Positions 44,530-59,200 of a DNA stretch of 64,000 nt are shown here, in pieces (the first letter of the stretch is position 1; each line of letters begins with the position of its first letter). The notes beneath the pieces were generated by a model. The model saw nothing but the letters and a program-made list of their open reading frames with translations. It had not been told where the DNA came from and did no database searches. Position numbers and translations under genes: made by a program. The stretch comes from the human T2T-CHM13v2.0 reference genome, Homo sapiens: assembly GCF_009914755.1 (NCBI RefSeq), contig NC_060931.1; one strand, 5' to 3'.

Positions 44530-46964
44530 ATACTGATTATAGTCAGCCTGCTAATTATCTCATAGCCTCTAGAAGAAGCAGAAGAGAAAAAGCCTTACTT
44601 ACATACTTCACTTTCAACAAAAACAGTAGTAGATATGCACATTGTAATACTACTCCTCAAATTCATTCTAACAAAATGATATCGAATCCAGATTTATAAA
44701 TGTAATGATAGTTCTGATGTAACATTTGATATTTATTGTTGTATGTTGTCATAGCTGTGTGAATTGGCATTTTCCAGCTTATTTCAATATTGCTGTAGTA
44801 AAATTTTGTTTACAATCAGCTAACATTTAGTGCCTTTTACACATTTTCACATTCATTAGATTTATTTTTAATCATCCGTATTAAAGACCATGTGAGATGT
44901 AGGTATTATCACTTGCAATTTATTTTATGAAAATGAGGCTCAAAGAGGTTTGTGACTTGTCCAAAGCTCAAGCCTGTTCTTTTTCCATGAGACTGCCTTC
45001 ATTTGCATTATCTCCTAAGATCTTCACAAGGATCCTAAGAGACAGGTCAAGCAGGTTTTATCATTATTACCACTTAAGATTGCAGAAAACAAACTCAGAC
45101 TCCCTTCTTGCGAATAATCACGTAGCTAGTGTTCAGAACATACCTGCTCTGTTCCAGGTATCTCACTAGGCATTTGAGAGGTATTATTTATTTCTACCAC
45201 TACCCTGTGAGGTAGGTACTGTTATCCTGTTATATTCCATAATAAATTGGAAGAGTTGGAGTTTGAAACTAAACTGTAAATTAAAAAAAAAAAAATTGCT
45301 ACGTATTACCCAGATTGCTGGACTCTTTTATTGCCACTATGAGCCTACATACATTAAAATTTAAACATTTGTCTAATTTTAAAAGTATACAGTAATAAGC
45401 TTGAAAATCAGATAAAGATATTAGCTTTGTTGTGTTTTCAGGACTGGTGCTTTTCTCTCCTAGTGATTGAATAGAAATGAACCTGAAATTTTACTTCAAA
45501 GTATACTTTATTCTATTTTGGTCTGTATTCAATAGTTCCATTTTTTTTCTTGTTCATGTAGACAACTCATTTAGGAAAATATTTGTTTAGGTTTTAACAA
45601 ATCAGTGTAATTGATTTTAAGTTTTAGTTTATTGTTGATTTGTGACAATGAGAGGGCATAGGAAAATTATCTTAGTTTGATTTCATGGTTGGGAAATAAC
45701 TTGGTAATCTAATAATTTCCTAGACAACTTGTGTGACTACTTGTGGCTTGTTAGGTAAATACTCAATACTTATAAAATACTTAATCCTGAGTTAGCTTTT
45801 TAAGGTAAGTTAGGAGCAAAAAGGCCCAAGAAAGCTATGTCTAGGTGTGGAATTAGTGCTCCTTTTGTATATTGTAGCTTTTAGAGTTTGTGATTTGTGT
45901 TCCATTTTATTTTAGTTACATTTTCTTGGCGAATTCACCGAATTTCGATTTCCAGAATATTCCCAAGAGTATAAACTTTTTTTAAAAAGTCATCATCAAA
46001 AGAGTAACAAATTTTATTTCCTCCTAAAGAATAGTCTTAATTTTGCATTAAGTTTCTAACAGTGCAGATGAAGAGTAGCTACATGTTTAACGATCAATTC
46101 TTAGTTACATTTAAACTAGAGAGGCATTGAAAAAGTAATTTTCAGTGGCATCTAGGCAGAGAAGCCCAGATTAATAAACGTTATTCCCATATTTTTACTG
46201 ATATATTTATCTTACAGTGAAAATGGCAACTTCCCTTTGTTAAATATCATTTCTAAGCCTATTTATATTTGAGTACAGTAATAGCTCATGGATCTGTAAT
46301 TGAAAGAATTAGTTAATGTTACGTTCTTTTATACGTATAAGAGATAACTTAATATCTGAAAGTATTTATTATTAAAACTTGTGAGCCCCAACTTTTTGTT
46401 CTTTGAGTAATTGCTTTTCACTAATGTTGTAAATTTTTTTAATTCTTGATTTTTCTAGGGATTATTTCACATTTCAGCTGCTTTTGTTTTCTACTGCTAT
46501 CATTGAGGGTTCAAGAACAAAAAATAAGTCTTCAGGTAAAATGCCTGATCCATAATAGCGCTTGGCGTTGTATTTTGCTGAAAAGATCATATACCTGTTT
46601 GGATGCTTGATCTGAAAATAAAGTTGTGATGATTATGAAATTTTCGCATGAAGTTTCCTTGGCTGCCTAACAAATTCAGTCTTATTTGTTGGTTTGGTTT
46701 TTTGTTTTTTTTTTTAAAGAATTTTGGCTGTTTGCTTTTTTTTTTTTCCATGTCGTCTTGATCTGCAATAACTATATGGATATGTGCTTGGACCTGCTAA
46801 GTATTTTAATTTTGCATATTTGGCTGCTTGAATTTTAAGTAATTTCTTTGGACAATGCAAATTTTAAGAGCTTGAGAAGCTGTAAGTGAAATATCAAGTA
46901 ACAGAAGTTTGTAACTAGTTTATAAATGTATATTCATTACCTATTATATATTTTAAGGTTTCAT

Positions 46965-47122
46965 ATTTTACCAAAATTAAATTAAAAATTCAGTTTCTCA
47001 GTTGCACAGGCCACATTTCAAGTGCTGTTTTCAGGCCATATGTGGCTAGTGGTTACCATTGTGGACAGCACAGATAAAAGATGTTTTTTCATCACCGTCC
47101 ATAGTTCTATTGGACAGAGCTG
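46965..47122. mobile_element. MER3/MER33-like hAT fragment
   Basis: gccacatttcaagtgct..tgtggctagtggttacc..ttctattggacagagctg. Confidence 0.7.
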
Positions 47123-47319
47123 TTTTAAATTGTGTAAGCAGTTAATTGTAAGGTCGTTTCAGTTATTTTATCCAGAAGATAAAGCGTGTGACCAGTCTTG
47201 AGAGTACTTCCTCTAAATATGTAGCTTGAGTATTTAAAACTTAGTTGTTTAAAACAGTCCAGTTGCTTTGGTATTTACGTTGCTTTAAAGTGAAATTGTT
47301 TCTTGTAGCAGAATTCATG

Positions 47320-47500
47320 AAGTAGGAAAAATGCCAAGGACTTAGTCTAAATTTGAATCCTGACCTCAGGACTTAGTAGTTTAGTAACTTCTGGTAAGTT
47401 ACTTTACTTCTTTGAGCCTCAGTTTCCTTATGTGTAAAATGAAGGTAACAATAGTTACTTCATAGGATTAACATGTGACTTAAATATGTCAAAAGCACAT
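47320..47500 (+). mobile_element. MIR SINE
   Basis: Core ggtaagttactttacttctttgagcctcagtttccttatgtgtaaaatg. Confidence 0.75.
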
Positions 47501-50500
47501 TAAAAAGTACACGTTTTTAATCCTTTTAAAATATAGAATGAAGCCAAAACATAAATTAATTAGACAGTGTCATATGCTTGGAGTTGTTCCCAGCCTGGCA
47601 GTTATAATAGGCGCCTAAGTTCCTGGTCTTCATGGAGTTATTTGATGACATTGTTCAGGTTTGAAACAAGTGGAATACCAAGATGGAGAGAAAAAGAAAT
47701 AGGAAGATGACTGACTTTGTTTTTGGAGAGGTGCATGAAGTACTATCTGATAATAACTAACATTTTGTATAGTGTTTTTTTATAACTTATAAAGTTTTTT
47801 CACACAATTCTTTAAAATTTCATCTCTAATATTTTGAGTACTTTTAACAGAAGAATAAAAGGAAACTTGAGGTTGACGAACATTTTTGTTCGTGAGAATG
47901 GAAATTCATATTAAGTTTTCAACTTTAAATCTTAGGCTCTTTCTACTTAAACAAGCTATTCTTTGATAGCAGTCGCATTTGTGAGGCAGGCATATATTTC
48001 AGAATCTCCAGGGGTGGGACTCAGGTACATATAATTTTTTGGTATATGTTGAAAATGCACCCATTGAAGTGATTCTAGTGCCCACTTCTGGTTAAAAATC
48101 GTAATCATTGCTCTTTTCCAGTCTTTTAACTTTTCTTTTCCTGTAATCAGTACATCTAAATTAATGCATAGATTACATGAATAAGACAAGGCATTAAACT
48201 GATAAGCAATGCGCTCATTTAACTTTTACTACTCTAGATGTTGAGGTATGAGCAATAACACTTTTTAAAAAGCAACATGTTTAGTTCCCTGTTGACAATC
48301 TCTTGTGTCTCCATTGATCATAGCTTGTGGAGGAGGAATCCAGACTAGCCAACTATGGTAGTTAAATCTGTGAGTGTTCCCTTCTCTGCTTCTTTAATGA
48401 GTTTTGGCTAGTTAGTAGTCTACCCCAAGATATTCCAGTTCTGAAGTGTTGACTCCTTAATCCCTGTGGGTGTTATCTTCATAAATGTTTTCAACTGATC
48501 TTTAGATTTTTAATCTTTTCCCAACTGTCTTGAAGATGCTTTAGTATCCTGGGTTTAGTGGTATTTCCAGGTCCTGTTTTTAAGTATGAATGTATCACAT
48601 TACTAACAAGTCTTTCACAATTGTGAAATGTAGTTACCTATGTGAAGGCAAAAGCTCAAAACTTTCCTCTGAATGAAAGTGTCATTATAGGGGTGAGAGA
48701 GGGGACTACTCTAGCAAACCCCCAGGTAGGCAAAAATTAATCACATTCCACAGTGAATTTTCAAAACTGAAAATATTTTTAAACATACAAAGACACATTC
48801 TAGTGGAAACAAGACTTTAAAATGTGAAAATTAAGCATTTGCTATGTGAAGCTGTAATCATGAGGTTTTGAAGTCAGAGTGAACTATCTTCTAACTCAGA
48901 GTTGCTTATCAAAATGCAACTGATCAGTGGCTACAATATGTTAACATTAGCTTTTAATTTTCTGAGCAGAGATTATGTCACTAGAAGCTATTTTTAGTGG
49001 ATATTAGGCTGTTTCTGCACTGAAATCAGTGTGTTCGGGATGTTTTTGTATACAGGTATACTTTTCTTGAACAGAAAATACAATTCTGAAGTACAGTTCT
49101 GATTATTTTTTATTGCTAGGGTTTAAGGGAGCTTATTTTTTAAATGACTTTAACCCAGCATTCTGAATTACACTAAAAAGATTGTTTAAACTTAGTACCT
49201 GCAAAGCATCTGAGGGATAAGTCTCGCCCCTGTCAATTTTAAAATAGCATTGTGTTCTTAAAATATGTATCATTCTGTTAATTATAGGCAGGTTGGATTT
49301 GTCTTTGTTGTACTATAAATTTTCTTATAAATAGGATAAAATGTAGACCTTTTAAAATATTCTCATCTCAAAGACTTTGAAGAGCTCTGAAAATGAGATG
49401 CGTCTAAAATCGATGTTGCATCATAGTTTGGTGGAAGCATTTTTTTTTTACTTGGTGGTATATAAAGCTAATGGTGCATATTATGACCATTGATGTTTTA
49501 GGTTTGATAAAAAGTGGTGGTTAACTTTTTGAAGGTGGTTGTGAAACTTACACTCACATAATTCTTTGATAAGAATGGTATACCTTTGTGATGAAAAAAT
49601 ACGTAAGTGGTGAGAATATACCATATTACTTGGAATTATAGACCTTTACCAGGTTTTTTTAGTGTCTCCTTTAGATCCTTTTTCTTTTTGTTCTCACTGC
49701 TATCAGTTAGATGCTTCACGTTAAACTTGTTCCCTATCTGAATCTCCTATTGAAAGATACTAGAACAATAAGAGAAAAATGGAGATCAAGAGAATGAGAA
49801 AAGGCATGGGGTGCAGGATGGGGTAGGAGTAGTGGGTAGGATCTCTAGGGCCAAGAGAAAAAAAAATGGGGAAAGGGAGGGCACTTCAGGGAAGTGGTAA
49901 TAACATTTTCCGTTTATCCAGCTTTGCTTGTCCAGAAATCTTTACCTGCTTAAGTTTCTGACTGTAATATATTAGCTTGTGAGCTGCCCAGTAGTTAGCT
50001 CAAATCACTCCTAACGTATTCAGTCCATTCAGCTGATATAAACCCTTCTTGCTGAGGCCTTTGCTTATTCTGCAGAAGGTGCCCTGTTACCTCCTCCAGC
50101 ATTCTGAGTAAATCATCTCCTGGTATCTTCTCTTATGTAGACCAAATAGAGTCTGTGTTCCTTCTTAATGTGCAGTCTCAAATGAATAATTAAAGGGAAG
50201 AACCACTTCTTATAGAATGAATTTTTCTGCAGGGTACTCTTACAGATAATGTACACAATCAAATTTGTTGGTTGGTTTTTATAGGAGGAATGGGCATATC
50301 AAACAAATACTTAACTTTAGAAAATGTCCCTGCCTTTCTGTTTCTTTCAGAATTTACGTAGAGATTGATGCAGTCTTTACCGTTTAGCATATTTGATTTT
50401 TTATTTTGAAAAGCAGTAATTTGTTTATTTATAATATAAATTCATATTGCATGTTCCTGCTTTAGCTTTCCATTCTGTAAACGAAGAACATATACTCTGG

Positions 50501-51425
50501 AGCAGTTTGTCCATGTTCTTCAGTAATGGCATGTTTTATTCTGCATTTAAAAAACAGTCACAAAGTAAATCTGGCTTACATACTCTATTTTAAGCAAACT
50601 GCTTTTAAAAATTAAAATTTAGCATTAGAATATAATTTAAATTTTCAGTATAAAACATGGATTGAGAGAACCTTAACATTTTTTCAAAAGGAACATTTGC
50701 ATTATAAAGAGATTTACCCTTGAAGATTTTAAGCACACCATAGAGTTTTTTGTTTGTTTGTTTTTAAATACCCTGCAGATCCTTTTGGAAGCCACTCTAA
50801 TTAATGCCTGGAGTAGGCTTGCCATTGTCATGGAAAAAGATTATGAAGAATTGCTGCATCCAGTTCTGAAATCCTCAGATTTCCAAAAGTCTCTTTCAGA
50901 ATCTATACAAAAGTTTTGATATTCCTTTGCATTTTCTTGAGTTAAGCAACTTTTTAAAAGTCCCACATTTGGGGTGATTTCTTGAACTTACCCAATTTTA
51001 TTATTTTATAATTTTTAAAATTATAATTTTATTTTCATGTCTTTTTAGCCACATTACACTGTAAAATTCTTTGAACTATCTTGGTCACACTAAAGGAAAA
51101 TAAATTCATGGTACAAATAACTAGCTTATTGATAAAGTTATAGAGCAAAATCTGCCCAATTTGGGTGATTCTGTACTGTTTTTGCTTACTGTAATGCTTC
51201 AATAAAATAGAAATGAAAACGTGAGACAATGGAAGTAAAGGTAAACATTATTCAGTCATTTATGAATAGTATTTCAAATACACGTGCTGAGTTTTATGTA
51301 TTTCTGGCGAAAAGATATGCCAAGTAAGGTGGAATCACAACTTTTTATCAGTTAGCATTCACGTAATTCTTTTTTCAATTTGATGGATAATTTTATTGTC
51401 CTGAATTCATTTTCTCTTTCTTCAG

Positions 51426-51531
51426 AGGATGTACTGAGTAAAGATGCTGGGGAATGTGCAATATGCCTTGAAGAATTGCAGCAGGGAGATACTATAGCAC
51501 GACTGCCTTGTCTATGCATATATCATAAAGG
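51426..51531 (+). CDS. ZNRF2: ZNRF2 coding exon 3, N-terminal part of the RING finger: (E)DVLSKDAGECAICLEELQQGDTIARLPCLCIYHK(G)
   Basis: Acceptor tttctctttcttcag|AG and donor AAGG|gtaagt. 106 nt, phase 1-2, in frame with exon 2 (G+AG=Glu). Contains CAIC...LPCLCIYH. Confidence 0.97.
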
Positions 51532-52376
51532 GTAAGTTCACCAAGTTGGTATTAGAGTAAAAGATTGTTCTCACAGTTTCAGACATTGTAATTAGGGCTG
51601 AAAAGGAATCTTCGTTGAAACCACCCCCTCCCTGTCTCACACACACTTCTTAAAACTTAATGATCTTTTTTCTCTATTTGAACTAAGACTTGAACCCACA
51701 TCTGTTTGTATCCAAAAGGCTACTATTTTTAAAGCATTTGCTATGACCCAGCTGTTGTCCATAGCTTCTTGAATAAATTATCTCATGTAAGCCTTGTAAC
51801 CATTGCATTTTACAATTGAGAAAATAAGCTAAGGGACAGTATGGAATTGCCCCAAGGTTACAAGGCTAGTAAATGGCAGAGTTGAGATTCCAGTAGATTT
51901 GGAATCTGCTTGACTCCAAAACCTGTCTGCTTTCTCATATGGTCTTCTTGCTTTTAGAGTGATACAGGAAAAATTTGGGGTTAAAAAAAAAAAAGTTTAA
52001 GGTAACCACAAAAAGAAAACTATAACTTTCAACCTGATGAAAATACAGTACTTAAGTTAAGATGAGGTGGGGGAAAACTTAGAGAAAACAGAGGAAATAA
52101 AACAAAATATGGATACAAAAATATATCCAAATATATCAGTTATAATAAATACACATAGAACAAACCCACTGGTTGAAAAACAGATTGAAAGGTTGGGATA
52201 GGTAGTTGATAAACAACACATTTGAACATAAGTATACATAACATTTGAAAGTAAAAGGATAGAAAACTATATCCAGGCAAATATTAACTAAAAGAAACTA
52301 CAAAGCTAAACTAGTATTAGACAAAGCAAACTTTACAGCAAAAAGCATTATTAGGGATAGAATTCCTATAGAATGA

Positions 52377-52673
<297 letters not shown>

Positions 52674-54449
52674 ATAACATTCTATTTTTATGTATCTAAT
52701 AACATCTCAAAATATTTATAAAACCCTCAGACGAAACTGACAAATTTATCATCATAATGGAACATTTCACTACGCCTTTCATTGAGTCAAGCCACATACA
52801 CAAAAAATGAATCAAGACCTAGAAAAATAGAGCAATGCAGTTAAGTTTGATCTAACTGATGTGTATATGTATTTGTATCTGTGCCCATCAATTGATTAGA
52901 GAATACATATTTTTCAACCACACATGAAGTATTATAGAAATTGATCATGTCCTAGAACATAAAGCAAATCGCAGCAAAGTACAAAGAATTGGTACCATAT
53001 AGGATGCTGTACACTGACTACTATTAGATGTCACTAATAAAAAGATAAATAACCCTCATACATACTTTTGAGTAACTTGTGGATCAAAGAAAAAATCATC
53101 ATGGAATGAAGGAAATACTCAGAACTGAATAACAGTGATGTTTTTGGCAAGTACCTAGAGTGATCCTCACAAGGTTCATGTTACAGTAGAAAGAAAGGCT
53201 GAAAACCCAATAAGCCAAGTTTCTTACTTAAGAAATCAGAAAAGTAACAGGAGAATAAACACAAAGAAAATAGAAAAAAATAGTGAAGATCAGAGAAGAA
53301 AATAAATTTTAAAATGACACACTAGAGACCCACAGACCACCAGTTGGTTCAGAACAGGATTGTTCTGAAAAAATGAGGAATGTGAATTCAGACACAGAAG
53401 AAATTAAAAATAATGAGAAAAAACAGGCCTATAGAGACAATGTAACAATGAGTTCTACCAGATATCCAAAGAACACCATGCTAACAACCTTAGATTCTTC
53501 CAAGAAGTAGAAAAAGATGGAAGGTTCTCCCATTTATTTTATGAGAAAAGTATAAACTTGATACAAACTCAGATAAGGACAGTACAGGAAAGAAAATTAG
53601 AAAACAGTCTCATGAACATAGATATAACAGTCCAAAAACATATCAACAAACCCAACTCAACAATAAGTATCTAACAATATATATCTAAAATAATGCCTCA
53701 TGACCAAGTTGCATTTATGCTAGGGAATGCAAAGAAACTGTAAGACAGAAAATGTATAGATGTAATTTACTACATTAACAAAGGAAAGAAACATTAACTC
53801 AATAAATGTGAGAAAGCTTTCAGTAAAATTCTATCCTTGCATATTAATGATTTAAAAATAAAAGCTAACAATAAATATTGGATAAATTATTAAAATTTGT
53901 GAGAGTTCAGCAGGGTTGCCAGATATGAGATCAACCTATGGAAATAAGTTGCATTCATATTGCAACAAGAAAAAAGGAAATATCTCTTAAACTATAACAT
54001 TAATGTCAACAGAGACTAAAAGGACTATAAGGCTTATAAGGATTAAATTTTATAAAAGATATGTAAGACTTTAGATAAAATTTGAAAACTTTATTGAAAG
54101 ATATAGGTAATCTGAAATTAATCTGGACATCTACCATATTGTGGATAGAAAGACTCAGTGTCATAATGATGTCATTTTACCTCAGATTGATCTATATAGT
54201 TAATACTACCTTAGTCAAATCTCAACTGGTTAGTTCATGTAACTTGACAAGTTGCTGCCAAAACTGCATGGGAACCAATGAGTGAAGGGCCAAGAACAGT
54301 TAAGACACTCATGAAGAAGAACACCATGTTGGTGGGACTTGTCCTGTACAGATTTATTATAAGACCATATTAATTAAGACAGTATGGAAATGGCACAGGT
54401 GAGCCAGTGGAACGGAATGGAGTCCATAAACACTTGTGCCTATCTGGAG

Positions 54450-54690
54450 AGACAGCATAGCATGAGAGTTAAGAGCATGGACTTTGAAGTCAAGACACTC
54501 AGCATTTGAATCCCAGCTCCTCCACTGATTCTCTGTGTGATCTTGGTCAAGTTGTTTTTTTCTCTCAAGTTAGTTTTTTTCTCTCTCGATTCATAAGATG
54601 AAGACAATAGAAACAACTTCATAGAGTATAAGGGTATAAACAAGTGCTGGCACATACATAATAGATGCTATATAAATGTTGAATAAATGA
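54450..54690 (+). mobile_element. MIR SINE
   Basis: gttaagagcatggactttgaagtca..tttgaatcccagctc..tgtgtgatcttggtcaag..gtgctggcacata. Confidence 0.75.
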
Positions 54691-56110
54691 AAAAAATTGA
54701 TTTGCCAGAGACGAAATTACAGTATAGGAGAGAAAGAATGAACTATTCAATAAATGGTGCTGGGATCAATTGGTTATTGATATGGAAAAACAGTTGAGTC
54801 CTTATCTTGCATTTGAAATAAAAGTCAATTCCAGGTTGACTAAATACCTGCCTCTGGAACCAAAATCTAAAGTGGTGAGGAAAGAAAATCGTGGAAATGT
54901 TTTTGACTTCTTGGTAGAGAATTATTTTTTGTCTGGGATACACTTCTCCCCAAAAAATAATTTCAAGATTGATAAATTTGGCTATATTAAAATTTAAAAC
55001 TTATTTGTATCATGACCCAGCAAAAAAGTAAAAAACTAGACTTTATACTAGGATTGTTTTTCAACACACATAATAAAAGAGGTTTGGTATTGGAAATAGC
55101 GTTCTCCCTCTATGACTTTCTGTAATGCAGTGAACTCATTGCATTTGGTAAATGGGAGAGTGAAGACAATATAATAACAGGATCTTACTGGTTCTACATA
55201 AGATTTTCCAGCACATTAATGTTCTGCTTCATCAGATAACAGCAGATGAAAGTATATGCTAACAACGAGCTATATAAGAATACAGTATACCCATCTCCCC
55301 ATGTTCTTACTCTTAGTTTAATTAGACCATGGGCTTTGCTGTGGAGTCCTAATATTTCACAGTTCTCACAATTTGTGCATTAGCTTTTTTCTTCATAACT
55401 CAGCAGTCTCAATCCTACCTTAATCCTCTTTCTGTAAGGCTAACTTCACCATTTTAAAAAAACGTATTTACAGTCGTGTTCTATTTATTAGGAATGAGCA
55501 TGTCTTTGTTCTGGTGATAAAACTGTGTTATTTGAGTAGTCTGCCTTTAACCTGACTTTTCCCACAAGCCCTGTTACTTTAGCTTAAAGTTTTGTGGAAA
55601 GCAGTGTTTATCAAAAGCCTGTATATTATAACTGAAATACCTGGATAATAGTTTCCTAGAAAACTATCAGTTAATTCAGAAAAAAGGACCCTCAATTGGC
55701 CAATAAATAATACAAATAGGCATATTTGGTAGATAACCCTGTAATAGCTGTGTGGAGTACATATTCTACAACTCAGTAATTCCACCTCTACATATATGCC
55801 CTAGAGAAACTCTTGATCTTTTGCTCTAAGACAGTGCTACTATTCAAAGTACAAGTCCAGAAGGCAATAAAGAGTTTCTGCCAGTTAAATCAACACTATG
55901 CTTCTTTCATTGAGAAAGCCTTGCTGTGATTTTTTAAAGTCATTTGAAACAGTGTGATTAGTGAGGAAATTAACTTGTATTTGGGCGCAAACTCCTTATC
56001 TCAAAGAATGTTCATAGCATCATTGAAAATGTCCATCAGTGAAAGAATGTATATGTAAATTGTTTATATTTATATAATGGAATGTTGTACACAATGAAAA
56101 TGTAAAAACA

Positions 56111-56405
56111 GGCCAGGCGCAGTGGCTGACACCTATAATCCCAACACTTTGGGAGGCTGAGGTGGGTGGATCACCTGAGTTCAAGACCAGCCTGACCAAC
56201 ATGGTGAAACCTTGTCTCTACTGGAAAAAAAAAAAAATTAGCTGGGTTTGTGGCAGGTGGCGCCTGTAATCCCAGCTACCCAGGAGGCTGAGGCAGGAGA
56301 ATTGCTTGAACCCGGGAGGCGGCAGAGTTTGCAGTGAATTGAGATGTTGCCACTGCACTTCAGGCTGGGCGACAGAGCAAGACTCCGTCTCAAAAAACAA
56401 AAAGC
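56111..56405 (+). mobile_element. Full-length AluS
   Basis: TSD gaaaatgtaaaaaca/gaaaatgtaaaagca (56096-56110 / 56406-56420). Confidence 0.95.
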
Positions 56406-57288
56406 GAAAATGTAAAAGCAAGAGACTTACTAACAATTGCAAATCTCAAATTGAGCAAAAAAAGCAAGTTACAAAAAGCATAATGCTGTTTTATGGTAGC
56501 ATTTATATAAAATTTTAAACATGGAAGCAGTACTATATGTTGTTTTAGAATATACACATATATAGTTATATAGAGTAAGAAGATGCCTAGAAATGAAAAA
56601 TACCAAATTGAGAATAGTGCTTTCCTGCTAGGTCTGAGAGAAGGGAATATAATCATGTAAATAACAAATGAATATAGCCTAGAATGGAACATATGTAGAT
56701 TGACAGACGTTTATGTGAAGAGGACCTGGAGTTTTAAATGATTACTTTCTCATGATGAGCCAGAGTTACCTGGTTGTAAAATAAGGAGTACTCATGTTAG
56801 CTCGCAAATAGATACTATTCAGATATATTATGAATTAACACATCTGGAGTATTTTATTTGATGCTCAGAATTTTGTTTTAAGAGGTTTTCTGGTAGACAC
56901 AGTGGAACTTCCAGGGCCAAGTGGTAGAGAGCAGGCTGAAAACAATGTCTTAAGCCAAACTGGCTATATATTTCGAGAACAAAAGTCTTAATGGCAGCTG
57001 AAATTCAGATATTTGAAAGAACCTGTTGATGTGGTACTCTACCTTTTTTCTTTTTAGTTTCATCTTATCACTTTTACCTACCAAACCAACCTATCTGGAC
57101 ATGAGGATGATAAATGTTAATTTTGCCCTTCAGTATATTAACCAAGTCTTGTAGCTTTGCGGCATATGCAAATTTGAAATATGTCACCAATGAAAATGTT
57201 GAACAGGTTGAATCCTGCTTGGATAACTTGCTAGCTGTTAGGCAAGTAATAGCTAGTTAGTAGACCTTGATTTTTTCACCTATCATGG

Positions 57289-57484
57289 TACTGTGAAATA
57301 GAACTTTCTACCATAATGGAAATGTTCTATATCTATGCTGTCCCCTAGAGTAGTCGTGAGCCATGTTGCTGTTGAGTGCTTGAAATGTGGCTAGTGTGAC
57401 TGAGGAACTGGATTTTTTTATTTTATTTCAATAAATCTTAAATAACCAGTGTGTGGCTCTTGTCTACTCTGTTGGACAGTGCAG
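57289..57484. mobile_element. MER3-like hAT MITE
   Basis: aatagaactttct..gtgcttgaaatgtggctagtgtgactgaggaactg..ttggacagtgcag. Confidence 0.8.
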
Positions 57485-58073
57485 ATCCACAATGACGATG
57501 ATCATATGCACCCTAATATTTAGCTTCTAATAAAATAAGATCATAAAATACTTCCTAAATACAAATGATTAATGTATATTTATTTGTGTATGTATATGTA
57601 TTACATGGTGGGATAGGATTTAAATATTCAATAATCACATATAAATATAGCTTTAAAAATGAAATATTGGCAAGGATTAAAATTTAAAAGCCGTTTTTTA
57701 ATACATTTATAGGTGACATGAACAGGTTGATAATGTGCATAAATGAATAACTGTTTTGAAAAGAAAAATTATGCAAATTTGTTATTCAGTTTTGAATATT
57801 GGTAAAGTGGTAGTTCAGATTATCTTTTGGAAGTAGTTCTGTTTGAACTTTAAAGTACTTTATAGCATAATTTTGCAAAGGTTTTTTTCTTAATCGCTTA
57901 GAATCAAAATATAATAAACATTCTTATCTGTTGCTTATGTATGCCAAATATAATTTAAAATGCTCATTTTTTTCTGTAAAAAATATATTAAAGTCAAGTA
58001 TTTTTACTGTGGCTCTCATTATATAAATAATTAGTATAAGTATCTCAATTTTTCTGGTTTTGTTCCTTTCTAG

Positions 58074-58131
58074 CTGCATAGATGAATGGTTTGAAGTAAA
58101 TAGATCTTGCCCTGAGCACCCTTCAGATTAA
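58074..58131 (+). CDS. ZNRF2: ZNRF2 last coding exon (exon 4), RING C-terminus and stop: (G)CIDEWFEVNRSCPEHPSD*; the exon continues as UTR to 58153
   Basis: Acceptor ttttgttcctttctag|C, GG+C=Gly in frame with exon 3, TAA at 58129-58131, donor ATAG|gtaatt at 58153/58154. Confidence 0.96.
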
Positions 58132-58328
58132 GCGTCAGCTTCCTGTTTTATAGGTAATTTTTTTTGTAATTACTTTTTAAAGCGTTAGCCCAAATTATAC
58201 ATTCTAAACTATAATTTTTATTTATTCATTTACTCATTGAGGTGCATGAGTGTGTATGTGTATGTTTCAGACACTTAGGCTACTGCATAGAAAACTTACA
58301 TTAAAAATATTGTATAATTCTAATTGTT

Positions 58329-58950
<622 letters not shown>

Positions 58951-58959
58951 ATAATTCTA

Positions 58960-59200
58960 ATCATTTAGTATTATCATGTGCCAGGTGTTGTTGTAAGCAT
59001 TTTACATCTATTAGTAACTTGTCTAATTGTTACAATAACCGTTTTGAGCTCAGTACCATTACTGTTCCTATTACGCAGATGAAGAAATTAAGTATAGAGA
59101 GGTTAAGAAACTTGACTTTTCAAGTTCAGATAACTAGTTTGTTGGTGGGGATGAAATTTGAACCCAGGTATTCTGGTTCCAAAGACTGTTCTTAGCAATT
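58960..59200 (-). mobile_element. MIR SINE
   Basis: cagatgaagaaattaag..agaggttaagaaacttg..atttgaacccagg. Confidence 0.7.

Noticed and set aside
45949-45963. Perfect three-unit heat-shock element TTCcaGAAtaTTC
   Set aside because: Nine specified bases are expected by chance roughly once in an AT-rich window of this size; no further support without HSF1 ChIP data.
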